Part shown: positions 51,178 to 60,543 of the stretch, in pieces
How the letters are laid out: the number at the start of each line of letters is the position of its first letter
Position numbering within the stretch: position 1 is the first letter of the stretch
DNA from: Parcubacteria group bacterium M6-OD1-1
GTDB lineage: Bacteria > Patescibacteriota > Minisyncoccia > GWC2-36-17 > M10-OD1-4
Length of the DNA stretch: 64,000 nt
Assembly: GCA_003056085.1 (NCBI GenBank)
Contig: LSNK01000003.1
Coordinates: 2,744 to 66,743, forward strand
Direction: 5' to 3'
Made by a program: the position numbers and the translations under genes
Notes under the pieces: model-generated
Databases searched by the model: none
Told to the model about the DNA's origin: nothing
The model's input: the letters and a program-made list of their open reading frames with translations, nothing else

Positions 51178-52668
51178 TTAGTCTAATCTGGGAAAAAGCG
51201 GCTCCGGTTTTTTAATGCTAAGAGGTTTTTCTGACCAATCTTTTTTGTCTTTTGAAATCCCCAAAGCGGAAAAAATTCTTTCCGAAGTATCCGGTAAAAA
51301 TGGCAAAAGAAGATATGCTGTGTAAGCAATACTTAAAATAAGATCTTTTGTAGTTTTTTTGAACTCTTCTTTGTCTTTTTTCGGCAACTCCCAAAGCTTA
51401 GACTCTTCTACCATTTTATCAGAAACATCAATTAATTTAAATATATTTTCCAAAGCAACATTTAAGTGAAAACTTTCAATGTTTTTTTCATATTCTGATA
51501 TCGTATTTCTTATACTTTCAGAAATATCATTTTCAGAAATTTTAATTTCTCCTAAAATATCTTTATTTTTTTCCGCTATCGCAGAAACTCTTAAAACTAA
51601 ATTTCCCAATTTATTTGATAAGTCGCCATATCTCTCTTTAAATCTCTCATCAGAAAAATCACCGTCTTGATAAGAGGGTATCTCCCTTAAAAGATAGTAT
51701 CTGACTGCTTCTTTTCCATATTTTTCTATTAAATCAAATGGACTCACAACATTACCCAAAGACTTGGACATTTTGACGCCTTCATGAGTTATAAAACCAT
51801 GAACATATATATTTTTTGGAAGAGGAAGCTCAAGCGACAAAAGCATAGCGGGCCAAATCATCGCATGAAATCTTAAAATATCCTTCCCCACCAAATGCAC
51901 ATCTGCCGGCCAAAACTTTTCATACAATTTACCGGTTGGACCACCGAGCCCGGAAATATAATTTGTTAAAGCATCTGCCCAAACATATATTTTTTGAGTA
52001 TCATCTGAAGGAACGTTTATCCCCCACCCAACACTTTCTTTTGGTCGAGAAAAAGAGACATCAGAAACTTTTTCACTTTCAAAAAGATTAAGCATTTCTT
52101 TTTTTCTATGCTCCGGAACTATCTTTATTTCGTCTTTTTGTATGAGCTCTTTAACTCTTTCTGCATATTTTGAAAATTTAAAAAAATAATTTTCTTCTGA
52201 CACCTGCTCGGGAGCTTTTTTATGAATAATACACTCTCCATCTTTGAGATCCTTTTCATTTATAAAAGCTTCGCAACCCACACAATAAAAAGCTTCGTAA
52301 GTATTTTTATAAATATCCTCCTTCTCCACAAATTTTTTCCAAAAATCAAAAACAATAGGATAATGCATTTTTTCATCTGAAGTTCTTATGAAAGAATCGT
52401 TGGAAATGCCAAGCTCTTTCGCTAAGCTTTTAAATTTTTCTGAAATCTCGTCTACAAATTCTTTTGGAGTTTTATTTTCCAATTCAGCCTTTTGTTGTAT
52501 TTTTTTTCCATGTTCATCCATTCCTGTTAAGAAAAAAACGTCGTCACCTTTTTGACGATGATATCTTGCAAGGACATCGGCCTGCAAAAGTTCAAGAGCA
52601 TAACCAATATGCGGTTCTGCATTTGCATAAGCAATTGATGTTGTAATATAAAATTTATTTTTTGACAT
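51178..52668 (-). CDS. metG: Methionyl-tRNA synthetase (short form without C-terminal tRNA-binding domain)
   Basis: ITTSIAYANAEPHIGYALE, Zn knuckle CVGCEAF...C, KMSKSLGN; 496 aa. Confidence 0.9.
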   Translation of the reverse strand: MSKNKFYITTSIAYANAEPHIGYALELLQADVLARYHRQKGDDVFFLTGMDEHGKKIQQKAELENKTPKEFVDEISEKFKSLAKELGISNDSFIRTSDEKMHYPIVFDFWKKFVEKEDIYKNTYEAFYCVGCEAFINEKDLKDGECIIHKKAPEQVSEENYFFKFSKYAERVKELIQKDEIKIVPEHRKKEMLNLFESEKVSDVSFSRPKESVGWGINVPSDDTQKIYVWADALTNYISGLGGPTGKLYEKFWPADVHLVGKDILRFHAMIWPAMLLSLELPLPKNIYVHGFITHEGVKMSKSLGNVVSPFDLIEKYGKEAVRYYLLREIPSYQDGDFSDERFKERYGDLSNKLGNLVLRVSAIAEKNKDILGEIKISENDISESIRNTISEYEKNIESFHLNVALENIFKLIDVSDKMVEESKLWELPKKDKEEFKKTTKDLILSIAYTAYLLLPFLPDTSERIFSALGISKDKKDWSEKPLSIKKPEPLFPRLD

Positions 52669-52720
52669 AGCTTTATTTTACACGCAAAAAGAACTTAAGT
52701 AAATTAAAAATAAATGTTTT

Positions 52721-52770
52721 GAAAATCCTGCGATTTATTGAACGACCGTTCAATAAATCGCAGGATTTTC
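52721..52770. repeat. Perfect 23-bp-stem hairpin with GACC/GGTC tetraloop (ttttgaaaatcctgcgatttattgaac-gacc-gttcaataaatcgcaggattttc)
   Basis: Complementarity checked pairwise; sits between metG start and the stop of 52771..53391. Confidence 0.85.
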
Positions 52771-53391
52771 TTATTTAGTTAAAAGCTTCAGGCTTCCTGT
52801 TTTTGTTATTTCAAATATTTCAACAAAATTAATAATTTTCAAATCTTTTAAGTCACTTAAAAAGTCTCTCGGTACAACTACTTTTCCCATCCAAACACTT
52901 TTTTGAACTATTTTAAAATCCATTTTTACAAGAGCATGCCTTAACCATGCTCTCTTATGTCTATCTCTTTCAGGGATATCAAATATTATAATCGTAACTC
53001 TACTACTCTTTTTATTTTTATAATCAATAATAGGAAAATCCCCCATTTTTTTCTGTAAATTTTTTATTAAACTTATTTTTTTAATTCCCTTCTTAGTAAT
53101 TTTAAAAGTAAAACTATGATTACTTTTACGTTTTTCTAATAATCCGCACTTTTCTAATCTGTTTACCATAGAATGAAATCTATCATTTATTTTTTTCTTG
53201 TTATTTTTTGATAATTTCTGATATTCTATATTGAATCTTTTTCTAAATTGTCCATTCTCCGCTTTACGCTCAATCTCATTTAAAGAAGCACCGTAACTAG
53301 AAGTTATAAAAACATCTAAAAGATCCGCTGTATCCAGTGCAGCATCTTTTAATATTTCTAAGAATTTTAAAGTTTTATCTCCTCTTTTCAT
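52771..53391 (-). CDS. Two-domain protein with an N-terminal winged-HTH-like domain and a C-terminal Cas2/VapD-like (PaaX-C-like) domain
   Basis: N-terminal LNEIERKAENGQFRK...LEKCGLLEKRKSNHSFTFKITKKG (wHTH-like). C-terminal RVTIIIFDIPERDRHKRAWLRHALVKMDFKIVQKSVWMGKV fits the Cas2-like pattern (beta1 with Asp, basic helix, G.RVQ.SVW). No CRISPR array or other cas genes lie nearby. Confidence 0.45.
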   Translation of the reverse strand: MKRGDKTLKFLEILKDAALDTADLLDVFITSSYGASLNEIERKAENGQFRKRFNIEYQKLSKNNKKKINDRFHSMVNRLEKCGLLEKRKSNHSFTFKITKKGIKKISLIKNLQKKMGDFPIIDYKNKKSSRVTIIIFDIPERDRHKRAWLRHALVKMDFKIVQKSVWMGKVVVPRDFLSDLKDLKIINFVEIFEITKTGSLKLLTK

Positions 53392-53443
53392 AATTTATGT
53401 TAGGCGACTTTTCTGACGGTCGTTCGATAAATCGTAAATTTAA

Positions 53444-54118
53444 TTATACTTTATTTATAACTACAACAAACTCACCAAGAGTTTTATCATCTTCTAACTT
53501 TTCTAAAACCTCTTTTGCTGTACCCCTGTATGTCGTTTCAAATATTTTAGTAAGCTCACGGCAGAGAACTATTTCTCTTTCTCCTGAAACTTCAGAAAGC
53601 TCCAGAAGCGCCTTCTTTATCCTGTGCTTTGACTCATAAAAAACTATTGTGTCTTTTTCTTTTGAAATATTTCTGAAAAATGTCTGTCTTCCTTTTTTAT
53701 GCGGAGGAAATCCTAAAAACTTAAACTTATCTGCACAAAACCCGGAAATACTCAGAGCGGCCGTTACAGCACTTGGTCCGGGAATAGAAACTATATTTAT
53801 TTCTCCGCCAAAATTTTCAACGATTTTTAAAATTAGAAAACTTCCGGGATCAGATATTGTCGGCGTTCCAGCATCAGACACCAAGGCTAATTCTTTCCCT
53901 TCTTTTAGTAAATCTAAAATTTGATCTATCTTACCAATTTTGCTGTGCTTGTGATAACTTAAAAGAGGTTTTTTTATATCATACGCCATTAAAAGTTTTG
54001 TGGTAACTCTCGTATCTTCACATAAAATAACATCAACGTTACTTAGGGTGTCCAACGCTCTTTGTGTTATGTCTTTTAAATTGCCTATTGGTGTAGCCAC
54101 CACATAAAAAACTGCCAT
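53444..54118 (-). CDS. rsmI: 16S rRNA (cytidine1402-2'-O)-methyltransferase
   Basis: VVATPIGNLKDITQRALDTLSNVDVILCEDTRVTTKLL tetrapyrrole-methylase fold; 224 aa. Confidence 0.85.
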   Translation of the reverse strand: MAVFYVVATPIGNLKDITQRALDTLSNVDVILCEDTRVTTKLLMAYDIKKPLLSYHKHSKIGKIDQILDLLKEGKELALVSDAGTPTISDPGSFLILKIVENFGGEINIVSIPGPSAVTAALSISGFCADKFKFLGFPPHKKGRQTFFRNISKEKDTIVFYESKHRIKKALLELSEVSGEREIVLCRELTKIFETTYRGTAKEVLEKLEDDKTLGEFVVVINKV

Positions 54119-54193
54119 AAAAATTAACGCCTCTTTCTAAAAACATCTTTGAGAGATAAAAATATTTATTTTTCTGATTTAAAGAAATTACAA

Positions 54194-55234
54194 TTAACCT
54201 ATCTCTTCTATCTCTTTTTCTTTAGCTTTTGCATAATCATCCAAAAGCTCCCCCACTATTGTTGCGATTGGAACTGAAATTAACATTCCGATTACTCCGC
54301 CAAGCTCCCAACCTATAAGCAAAGAAATGATAATAACTATTGGGTTTAGCCCTGTCATTTTTTTCATTAAAAATGGGACTAAAATATTATTTTCAAATTG
54401 TTGAACTATTAAATAAAATATAAGAGCAAGTAATGCTAAAAATGGATCTACCATCAAAGCAACTAAAACACCTAAAAATGCGGAAAATATCGGGCCAACA
54501 ACAGGAATAATCTCAAAAATACCAGCAACAATACCCAATAAAAGGGCGTACGGGACTCCTAATATAGAAAGTCCTAAAAAGACCACAAAGCCTATAATTA
54601 TGGCTAAAATAAGCTGCCCCTGAAGCCAAAGCCCGAGCTTTCTTTCCACTCTTTTCCATAAATTTAAAATATAATCTTCGTTTTGTCTCGGAGTTATCAT
54701 TCTTATAAAATGTTCGACTCCTTTCTCTTGAGCCGCAAGATAAAAAGATATAACTATAACTATAAAAAATGTAGCAAAACCTCCAAACACACCGGCAATA
54801 GCGCCAAATGCACTTGAAGCAAACTGCTTTATTTTTTCTCCGGAATTAAGCAAGAAATCCTGTCCCGCCTTTGTGTATTCCGGTGATATTTCTATTATCG
54901 TTTTTGAAAATTTAGTTGAAAGAGTTTCATAATAACTTGGCAAAACAGATGCGAGTTGTCTTATTTCGTCTACTATCGTAGGAACAACCAAATAAAGAAG
55001 CAGAATTAAAAATAAAATGGCAACAAGGTAAACAGAAAGAACTCCTAATATTCTTGGTATCTTCTTCTTTTCAAGATAATTTGCCCATGGATATATAGCA
55101 GAGGCTATCACCAAAGAAAGAAATAAAATAATTAAAATATTTTTTATAAGGAAAAGGAAAAGGAAAAAAAGAATTATTAAAATTACTTTAAATATTGTTC
55201 TTGTTGAAATATCTAATATTTGTCTTGGTATCAT
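54194..55234 (-). CDS. AI-2E family transporter (UPF0118/PerM-like permease)
   Basis: 346 aa, 7-8 TM, characteristic C-terminal ISVPIATIVGELLDDY region. Confidence 0.65.
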   Translation of the reverse strand: MIPRQILDISTRTIFKVILIILFFLFLFLIKNILIILFLSLVIASAIYPWANYLEKKKIPRILGVLSVYLVAILFLILLLYLVVPTIVDEIRQLASVLPSYYETLSTKFSKTIIEISPEYTKAGQDFLLNSGEKIKQFASSAFGAIAGVFGGFATFFIVIVISFYLAAQEKGVEHFIRMITPRQNEDYILNLWKRVERKLGLWLQGQLILAIIIGFVVFLGLSILGVPYALLLGIVAGIFEIIPVVGPIFSAFLGVLVALMVDPFLALLALIFYLIVQQFENNILVPFLMKKMTGLNPIVIIISLLIGWELGGVIGMLISVPIATIVGELLDDYAKAKEKEIEEIG

Positions 55235-55285
55235 TTAATTTAATCTGTTTTTACAAATTGTTTTTTAAGTTAATGTATTAATAGT

Positions 55286-56014
55286 TTATAGTTTTTTGAC
55301 TACTATGTAAAGGTTGGCTCTACCGTTTTTTCCTCCAAAATAACCGCTTTCCTCTATTTTAAACCCTGATTTTTTTACCAATCTTTTAAATTCTCTCTTA
55401 GTAAAAGCATGATAATATCTTTCTGTAATCACTTTTCCTTCTTGATTTTTCCATGGTACAAAAATATCTTTAAAATCTGCCTTATGTTGACCGAGCAGCT
55501 TTTTAATGGCATACTTAAAAATCAGCTTTCTGTATCTTCCCTGCCAAAGATTCCAATTTGTTAAAATCACTCTTCCATTTGGTTTAAGAAGTCTGTGAAA
55601 TTCTTTAAGAAGATTAATTCTCATTTTAGCGGTCGGGATATGATGAAAAGCTGCTATTGAATATATGCTATCAAAAGATTCATCAGAAAAAGAAAGTTTT
55701 AAAGACTCAACAGTTAAAAATTCAATTTTTTTAATTTTGCTTGAAAAAATATCTTGAAATTTTTGTTTTGCAAGATTAATTAACTCCTCCGATGCATCCA
55801 CACCTGTGTAATTAATCTCTTTTTCTAAAAATAAACCGATAAGTCTGCCATTGCCACAGCCAAAATCCAAAACAGAATCCCCGTCTTTTGCATATTTGCC
55901 AAACTGACTTAATTCTCTCCATAAATAAGTCCTTGTCCTGTCAAAATCTTTTGAGATAAGATTATAAGCCTGTTTATTTTTTTCAATTAATTGTTTAGCG
56001 TATTTTTCTTTCAT
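55286..56014 (-). CDS. Class I SAM-dependent methyltransferase
   Basis: VLDFGCGNGRL motif I; 242 aa. Confidence 0.7.
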   Translation of the reverse strand: MKEKYAKQLIEKNKQAYNLISKDFDRTRTYLWRELSQFGKYAKDGDSVLDFGCGNGRLIGLFLEKEINYTGVDASEELINLAKQKFQDIFSSKIKKIEFLTVESLKLSFSDESFDSIYSIAAFHHIPTAKMRINLLKEFHRLLKPNGRVILTNWNLWQGRYRKLIFKYAIKKLLGQHKADFKDIFVPWKNQEGKVITERYYHAFTKREFKRLVKKSGFKIEESGYFGGKNGRANLYIVVKKL

Positions 56015-56179
56015 AACTTACTTTTTAAAAAGATTATTTTAAATAAAATTAGAACTTTTGGATTTGAATGTAGTTTGAGGTAAAAACGAAAAACCGATAG
56101 GAGTCGTACAAAAAGTACGACGAGTGAGATTTTTGATTTTTAACGAAAAAATGCGCCAAATACAAAAATTCTGAATACC

Positions 56180-57757
56180 ATGAAAACAATACTGGAAAAT
56201 TTAATATTGGAAGCCTCATCCCAGAAAAAACTGAGCGAACTTAGCTTTAGCAAGCTAAAAAGAAAACATATGCAGAACCTCGGCATTCACGGGCTTCCTT
56301 CTAATATGAAACTTTTACCAGTTTACCACAGATTAGTAAAGTCAAAAAAAATAAAAGCTAATAAAATTTTAGAATACATTATAAAAAAAAGGAAGATAAG
56401 AACCCTTTCCGGTATTGCTTCTATTACAATTTTAACAAAAAATTGGGGATGTCCTGGAAAATGCAGATTTTGTCCAACAGAAAAAGGTATGCCAAAAAGC
56501 TATCTTTCCAATGAACCTGCTGTTATGCGCGCTATTTTAAATGAGTTTGACCCCTACAAGCAAGTTCAAATGAGATTAGACTCCCTCAAAAATCAAGGAC
56601 ACTCAATAAATAAAATTGAAGTTATAGTTATAGGCGGAACTTGGTCTGCCATTCCGCATGATTATCAAGAGTGGTATATAAAAAGAATATATGAAGCGTT
56701 AAATAAAAAAGAATCAAAAACTCTTGAGATTGCAATGAAAAAAAATGAGACTTCAGAACAAAAATTAGTCGGCTTAACTTTAGAAACGAGACCGGACTGG
56801 ATAACAGAAGAAGAACTAAAAATAATGCGAAAATATGGATGTACGAGAGTAGAACTTGGAGTTCAAAGTATTTATGATGATGTTTTGGACGCATCACAAA
56901 GAGGACACAAAATAGATGCAACAATAAAAGCAACAAGAATGCTTAAAGACTCAGGATTTAAAATCAACTATCATATGATGCCAAATCTCCCGAAGTCAAC
57001 CGTCAAAAAAGATATAAAAATGCTCAAAGATATATTTTTAGATCAAAATTTTCAACCCGATCTTCTGAAAATTTATCCTTGTATGGTTCTTAAAAATACA
57101 AAGCTTTATCAAGATTTTAAAGATGGAAAATTCAAGCCTTACACAGACAAACAATTAATAAAAATAATGAAAGAAGCAAAAGAAAATGTACCTCAATATT
57201 GCAGAATCGTAAGAATCATACGTGATATTCCGGCAACGAGCATAGCCGGAGGAAGCCATACCTCAAATTTGAGAGAATTTGTTCATAAAGAAATGAAAGG
57301 AGAAGGAAAAAAATGCAAATGCATAAGATGCCGAGAAATAATGGGCGATGAATTTGATTTAAAAAATGTAAAAATGATAAGAAGAGATTATGATGCATCC
57401 AATGGAAAAGAAATATTTTTATCTTTTGAAGATACAAAAAATGATAAAATTATTTCTCTTTTAAGATTACGCATCCCTTCTCAGAAAAAAAATGAGATAT
57501 TTCCTGTTTTGTCTAATGCTTCAATTATAAGAGAAATTCATACATACGGAAATGTTGTGCCTGTTTCAAAAACAGATAAAAAAGCTCAACAGCATAAAGG
57601 ATTAGGTAAAAAATTATTAAAAGAAGCGGAAAAAATCACCAAAAAAGAATTTAATTTAAACAAAATAACTGTTATCGCAGCTGTTGGAGTACGAGATTAC
57701 TATAAAAAATTTGGATATAAAACAAAAGACACTTACATGTACAAAACATTAAAATAA
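56180..57757 (+). CDS. elp3: Elp3-family radical-SAM/GNAT protein (bacterial homologue of the tRNA wobble-uridine carboxymethyl-transferase Elongator subunit 3)
   Basis: GCPGKCRFCPTEKGMPKSYLSNEPAVMRA (Elp3 radical-SAM cysteine motif); C-terminal GNAT QQHKGLGKKLLKEAEKITKKEFNLNKITVIAAVGVRDYYKKFGY; 525 aa. Confidence 0.75.
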   Translation: MKTILENLILEASSQKKLSELSFSKLKRKHMQNLGIHGLPSNMKLLPVYHRLVKSKKIKANKILEYIIKKRKIRTLSGIASITILTKNWGCPGKCRFCPTEKGMPKSYLSNEPAVMRAILNEFDPYKQVQMRLDSLKNQGHSINKIEVIVIGGTWSAIPHDYQEWYIKRIYEALNKKESKTLEIAMKKNETSEQKLVGLTLETRPDWITEEELKIMRKYGCTRVELGVQSIYDDVLDASQRGHKIDATIKATRMLKDSGFKINYHMMPNLPKSTVKKDIKMLKDIFLDQNFQPDLLKIYPCMVLKNTKLYQDFKDGKFKPYTDKQLIKIMKEAKENVPQYCRIVRIIRDIPATSIAGGSHTSNLREFVHKEMKGEGKKCKCIRCREIMGDEFDLKNVKMIRRDYDASNGKEIFLSFEDTKNDKIISLLRLRIPSQKKNEIFPVLSNASIIREIHTYGNVVPVSKTDKKAQQHKGLGKKLLKEAEKITKKEFNLNKITVIAAVGVRDYYKKFGYKTKDTYMYKTLK

Positions 57758-57807
57758 AATGACAACTTTGGGGACGGTCGTCCCCAAAGTTGTCATTTTA
57801 TTTTAAT
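57748..57807. repeat. Perfect 28-bp-stem hairpin with GGTC tetraloop overlapping the elp3 stop (attaaaataaaatgacaactttggggac-ggtc-gtccccaaagttgtcattttattttaat)
   Basis: Pairwise check of 28 consecutive complementary positions; bidirectional terminator position between convergent elp3 and murD. Confidence 0.85.
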
Positions 57808-57947
57808 TTAGCAATCCATAAAACATAACTTACAATCAAAGCAAGGAATGAAAAAATCCAGTCGCCCGCAGCTATAAATACTGCCGTTACTATTATTGTT
57901 GTTGAAACCCAGAAATAATATTTTATATCATCCATATTTTTTTAACT

Positions 57948-59357
57948 TTAAATTACTTTTTTTACTGCGGCACGAAACTTATCACCCCTATCAAATTCAT
58001 TTTTAAATACTCCAAAACTTGCGGCTCCGGGAGAAAGCAAGACAACATCCTCCTTCTTAGAATTTTTTAAAGCTTCGGAAACTGCGTCTTCCATATTATC
58101 AACCTCAGCTAAAATATTTTTATACTTTATTTTCCTTAACTCTTTTTTTATCTTTTCTGTTGCGTCCCCATTAAACAAAATAATGCTTTTTGTATACCTT
58201 TTAATATATTTTGCAAACTCTTTATAATCCAATTTTTTATCAGAACCTCCGGCAAGTAAAATTATATTTTTAGTTTTATTAAAATCTTTACTTAAGGTTT
58301 TAAGCGCCACTATAGACGCATCCGGAGAAGTTGCCGTTGTGTCATTGTAAAATTTAACACCTCTCAATTCTCTTAAAAATTCTAATCTATTTTTTACTCC
58401 TGAAAAATCATTAACAACCTTTTGAAGGTCTGATTTTTTAATATTTAAAATACAAGCAACACACAAAGCGGCTAAAATATTTTGTTTGTTATGCTCTCCT
58501 TGTAATTTTGTTTTTTTAATATTTACAACTTTAATTATTCTTAATTTGTCTTGAAAATATACATTATTTTCTTTTAGAAAAACTCCTTTTTCTTTTTTTG
58601 ATAAAGCTTTCTCTGAAAACCAAAAAATATCGCTTTTAGCCTCTTTTGCTAACTTTTTTGTTTCTTTATTATCTTTATTAAGTATTAAAATATCATCTTT
58701 TTTCTGGTATTTAAAAATATTTTTCTTATCATTATAATACTCTTTTAAACTTTTATACTTATCTAAATGATCCGGCATCAAGTTTGTTATGACAGAAATA
58801 TTAGGACTTTTTTTAACAATTTTGAAATTATGCAAAAGCCAACTTGAAAGTTCGGCCATTAAAACATCCTCCTTTTTTATTTTTGAAATAATAGCCAAAG
58901 GAGAGACTCCTATATTCCCGCAAAGATGAATTTTTAACTTTTTTTTCAAAAGCTCATATATTAAAGTTGCTGTTGTGCTTTTTCCTCTTGTGCCTGTAAC
59001 AGCAACGAGAAAATTGTCTTTTTGAGTCAAAAATATACTCCAGTCATTGTGAATTGGGACATTATTTTTTTCTGCAATTTTTAAATACTTAGAATCTTTT
59101 GGAACAGCAGGATTTTTAATTACAATATCACAGTTTTTAAAATCCTCTTCTCTGTGTGAGCCTAAAATATATTTAATATTTTTATATTTTTTTAATTTCC
59201 TAATCTGACTACTCAATTCATCTTTGCTCCTTAAGTCTGTAATTAGAACTCTTGCCTTTTGTTTTGCAAAAAACTCCGCAGCGGCAACACCACTACCCCC
59301 TTCATACAAACCTAATCCCATTATTACAATTTTTTTATCTTTGAAAGAATTATCCAT
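57948..59357 (-). CDS. murD: UDP-N-acetylmuramoylalanine--D-glutamate ligase
   Basis: VAVTGTRGKSTTATLI (ATP-binding), N-terminal Rossmann GLGLYEGGSG; 469 aa. Confidence 0.85.
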   Translation of the reverse strand: MDNSFKDKKIVIMGLGLYEGGSGVAAAEFFAKQKARVLITDLRSKDELSSQIRKLKKYKNIKYILGSHREEDFKNCDIVIKNPAVPKDSKYLKIAEKNNVPIHNDWSIFLTQKDNFLVAVTGTRGKSTTATLIYELLKKKLKIHLCGNIGVSPLAIISKIKKEDVLMAELSSWLLHNFKIVKKSPNISVITNLMPDHLDKYKSLKEYYNDKKNIFKYQKKDDILILNKDNKETKKLAKEAKSDIFWFSEKALSKKEKGVFLKENNVYFQDKLRIIKVVNIKKTKLQGEHNKQNILAALCVACILNIKKSDLQKVVNDFSGVKNRLEFLRELRGVKFYNDTTATSPDASIVALKTLSKDFNKTKNIILLAGGSDKKLDYKEFAKYIKRYTKSIILFNGDATEKIKKELRKIKYKNILAEVDNMEDAVSEALKNSKKEDVVLLSPGAASFGVFKNEFDRGDKFRAAVKKVI

Positions 59358-59368
59358 AAAAACAATCT

Positions 59369-60535
59369 TTAAAACTTAAAAATCTCAACTTCCGATATTG
59401 CTTTTTTTATCATATCCTCCACATTAAGCTTTTTTTCAAGCTGCAAAATCATATCAATCTTTCCATGAGTTTCCGGACTTGTTGGAAGAAAAAGAGAACA
59501 ACAGTCTTCATAGGGCTGCGCTGAAATATCATGAGTATTAATTTCAGAAGCTAAATCTATGATGTCATTTTTATTCTCGCCTATCAGAGGTCTTAAAATC
59601 GGCATTTTAACAGATTCTGCAATAACAAAAATATTATCTAATGTTTGTGAAGCAACCTGCCCAAGAGAGTCTCCTGTAACCAAGGCTTTTATTTCTTCTT
59701 TTTCCGCCAATTTTTCTGCGATACGAAGCATAAATCTTCTATATAAAATAACCCTTTGTGAAGATGGGCATTTTGCTGATATCTCTTTTTGTATATCAAC
59801 AAAAGGAACAAAATACACCTTTGAACCAAATTGGTATTCATCTAATTTTTTAATCAACGCCTTTACATTTTCAGAGGATGCCTTTGTTGTATAAGGATAA
59901 CTGTGAAAATGAATATAAACAACTTTTGCCCCTCGACGCATCATTTTCCAGGAAGCCACAGGAGAATCAAACCCTGCAGATATCAAAGACATAACCCTCC
60001 CGGCTGTTCCGACAGGAAGCCCGGCATAGCCCTTTTCTTTTTTAAAATAAAAATATATATTTTTCTCTCCTACCTCACAAAAACAATTTAATTTGAAATT
60101 TTTTAAATTAACCTTTGCTTTTCCTTCAAACTTTTCAAATAAAAAACTTCCAAGCTCTACCGCTATTTCTTGAGAATTTTTAGGAAAATTTTTATTTGAT
60201 CTTTTTGCTGTTACACGAAAAGTTTCCGGAATGTCTTTTCCCTTCAGCTCATTCCAAATATCTTTTTTCAAAAGTTCAAAATCAAGAGCACTCGCAAATC
60301 CAAAAGAAAAGTTAGCAATGCCAAATACTTTTTTTAGTTTGCTTCGCACCCTCTGTTTGTCTGCCTCAAAATTTAAAAATACTACAATTCTTCCGTGTCT
60401 TCTTTCCACTTTTAAATAATCCTGCTCCTCTAAGCTTTTTTTAATATTTTGAAGCAAAACATTCTCAAAAAAATCCCTGTTTTTTCCTTTCAGGGCTATT
60501 TCATGATAGTGAATTATAGCTACTTCTTTATTCAT
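59369..60535 (-). CDS. thiI: tRNA 4-thiouridine synthase
   Basis: THUMP-like N-terminus; PP-loop SGGFDSPVASW; 388 aa. Confidence 0.85.
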   Translation of the reverse strand: MNKEVAIIHYHEIALKGKNRDFFENVLLQNIKKSLEEQDYLKVERRHGRIVVFLNFEADKQRVRSKLKKVFGIANFSFGFASALDFELLKKDIWNELKGKDIPETFRVTAKRSNKNFPKNSQEIAVELGSFLFEKFEGKAKVNLKNFKLNCFCEVGEKNIYFYFKKEKGYAGLPVGTAGRVMSLISAGFDSPVASWKMMRRGAKVVYIHFHSYPYTTKASSENVKALIKKLDEYQFGSKVYFVPFVDIQKEISAKCPSSQRVILYRRFMLRIAEKLAEKEEIKALVTGDSLGQVASQTLDNIFVIAESVKMPILRPLIGENKNDIIDLASEINTHDISAQPYEDCCSLFLPTSPETHGKIDMILQLEKKLNVEDMIKKAISEVEIFKF

Positions 60536-60543
60536 AAAATGAG

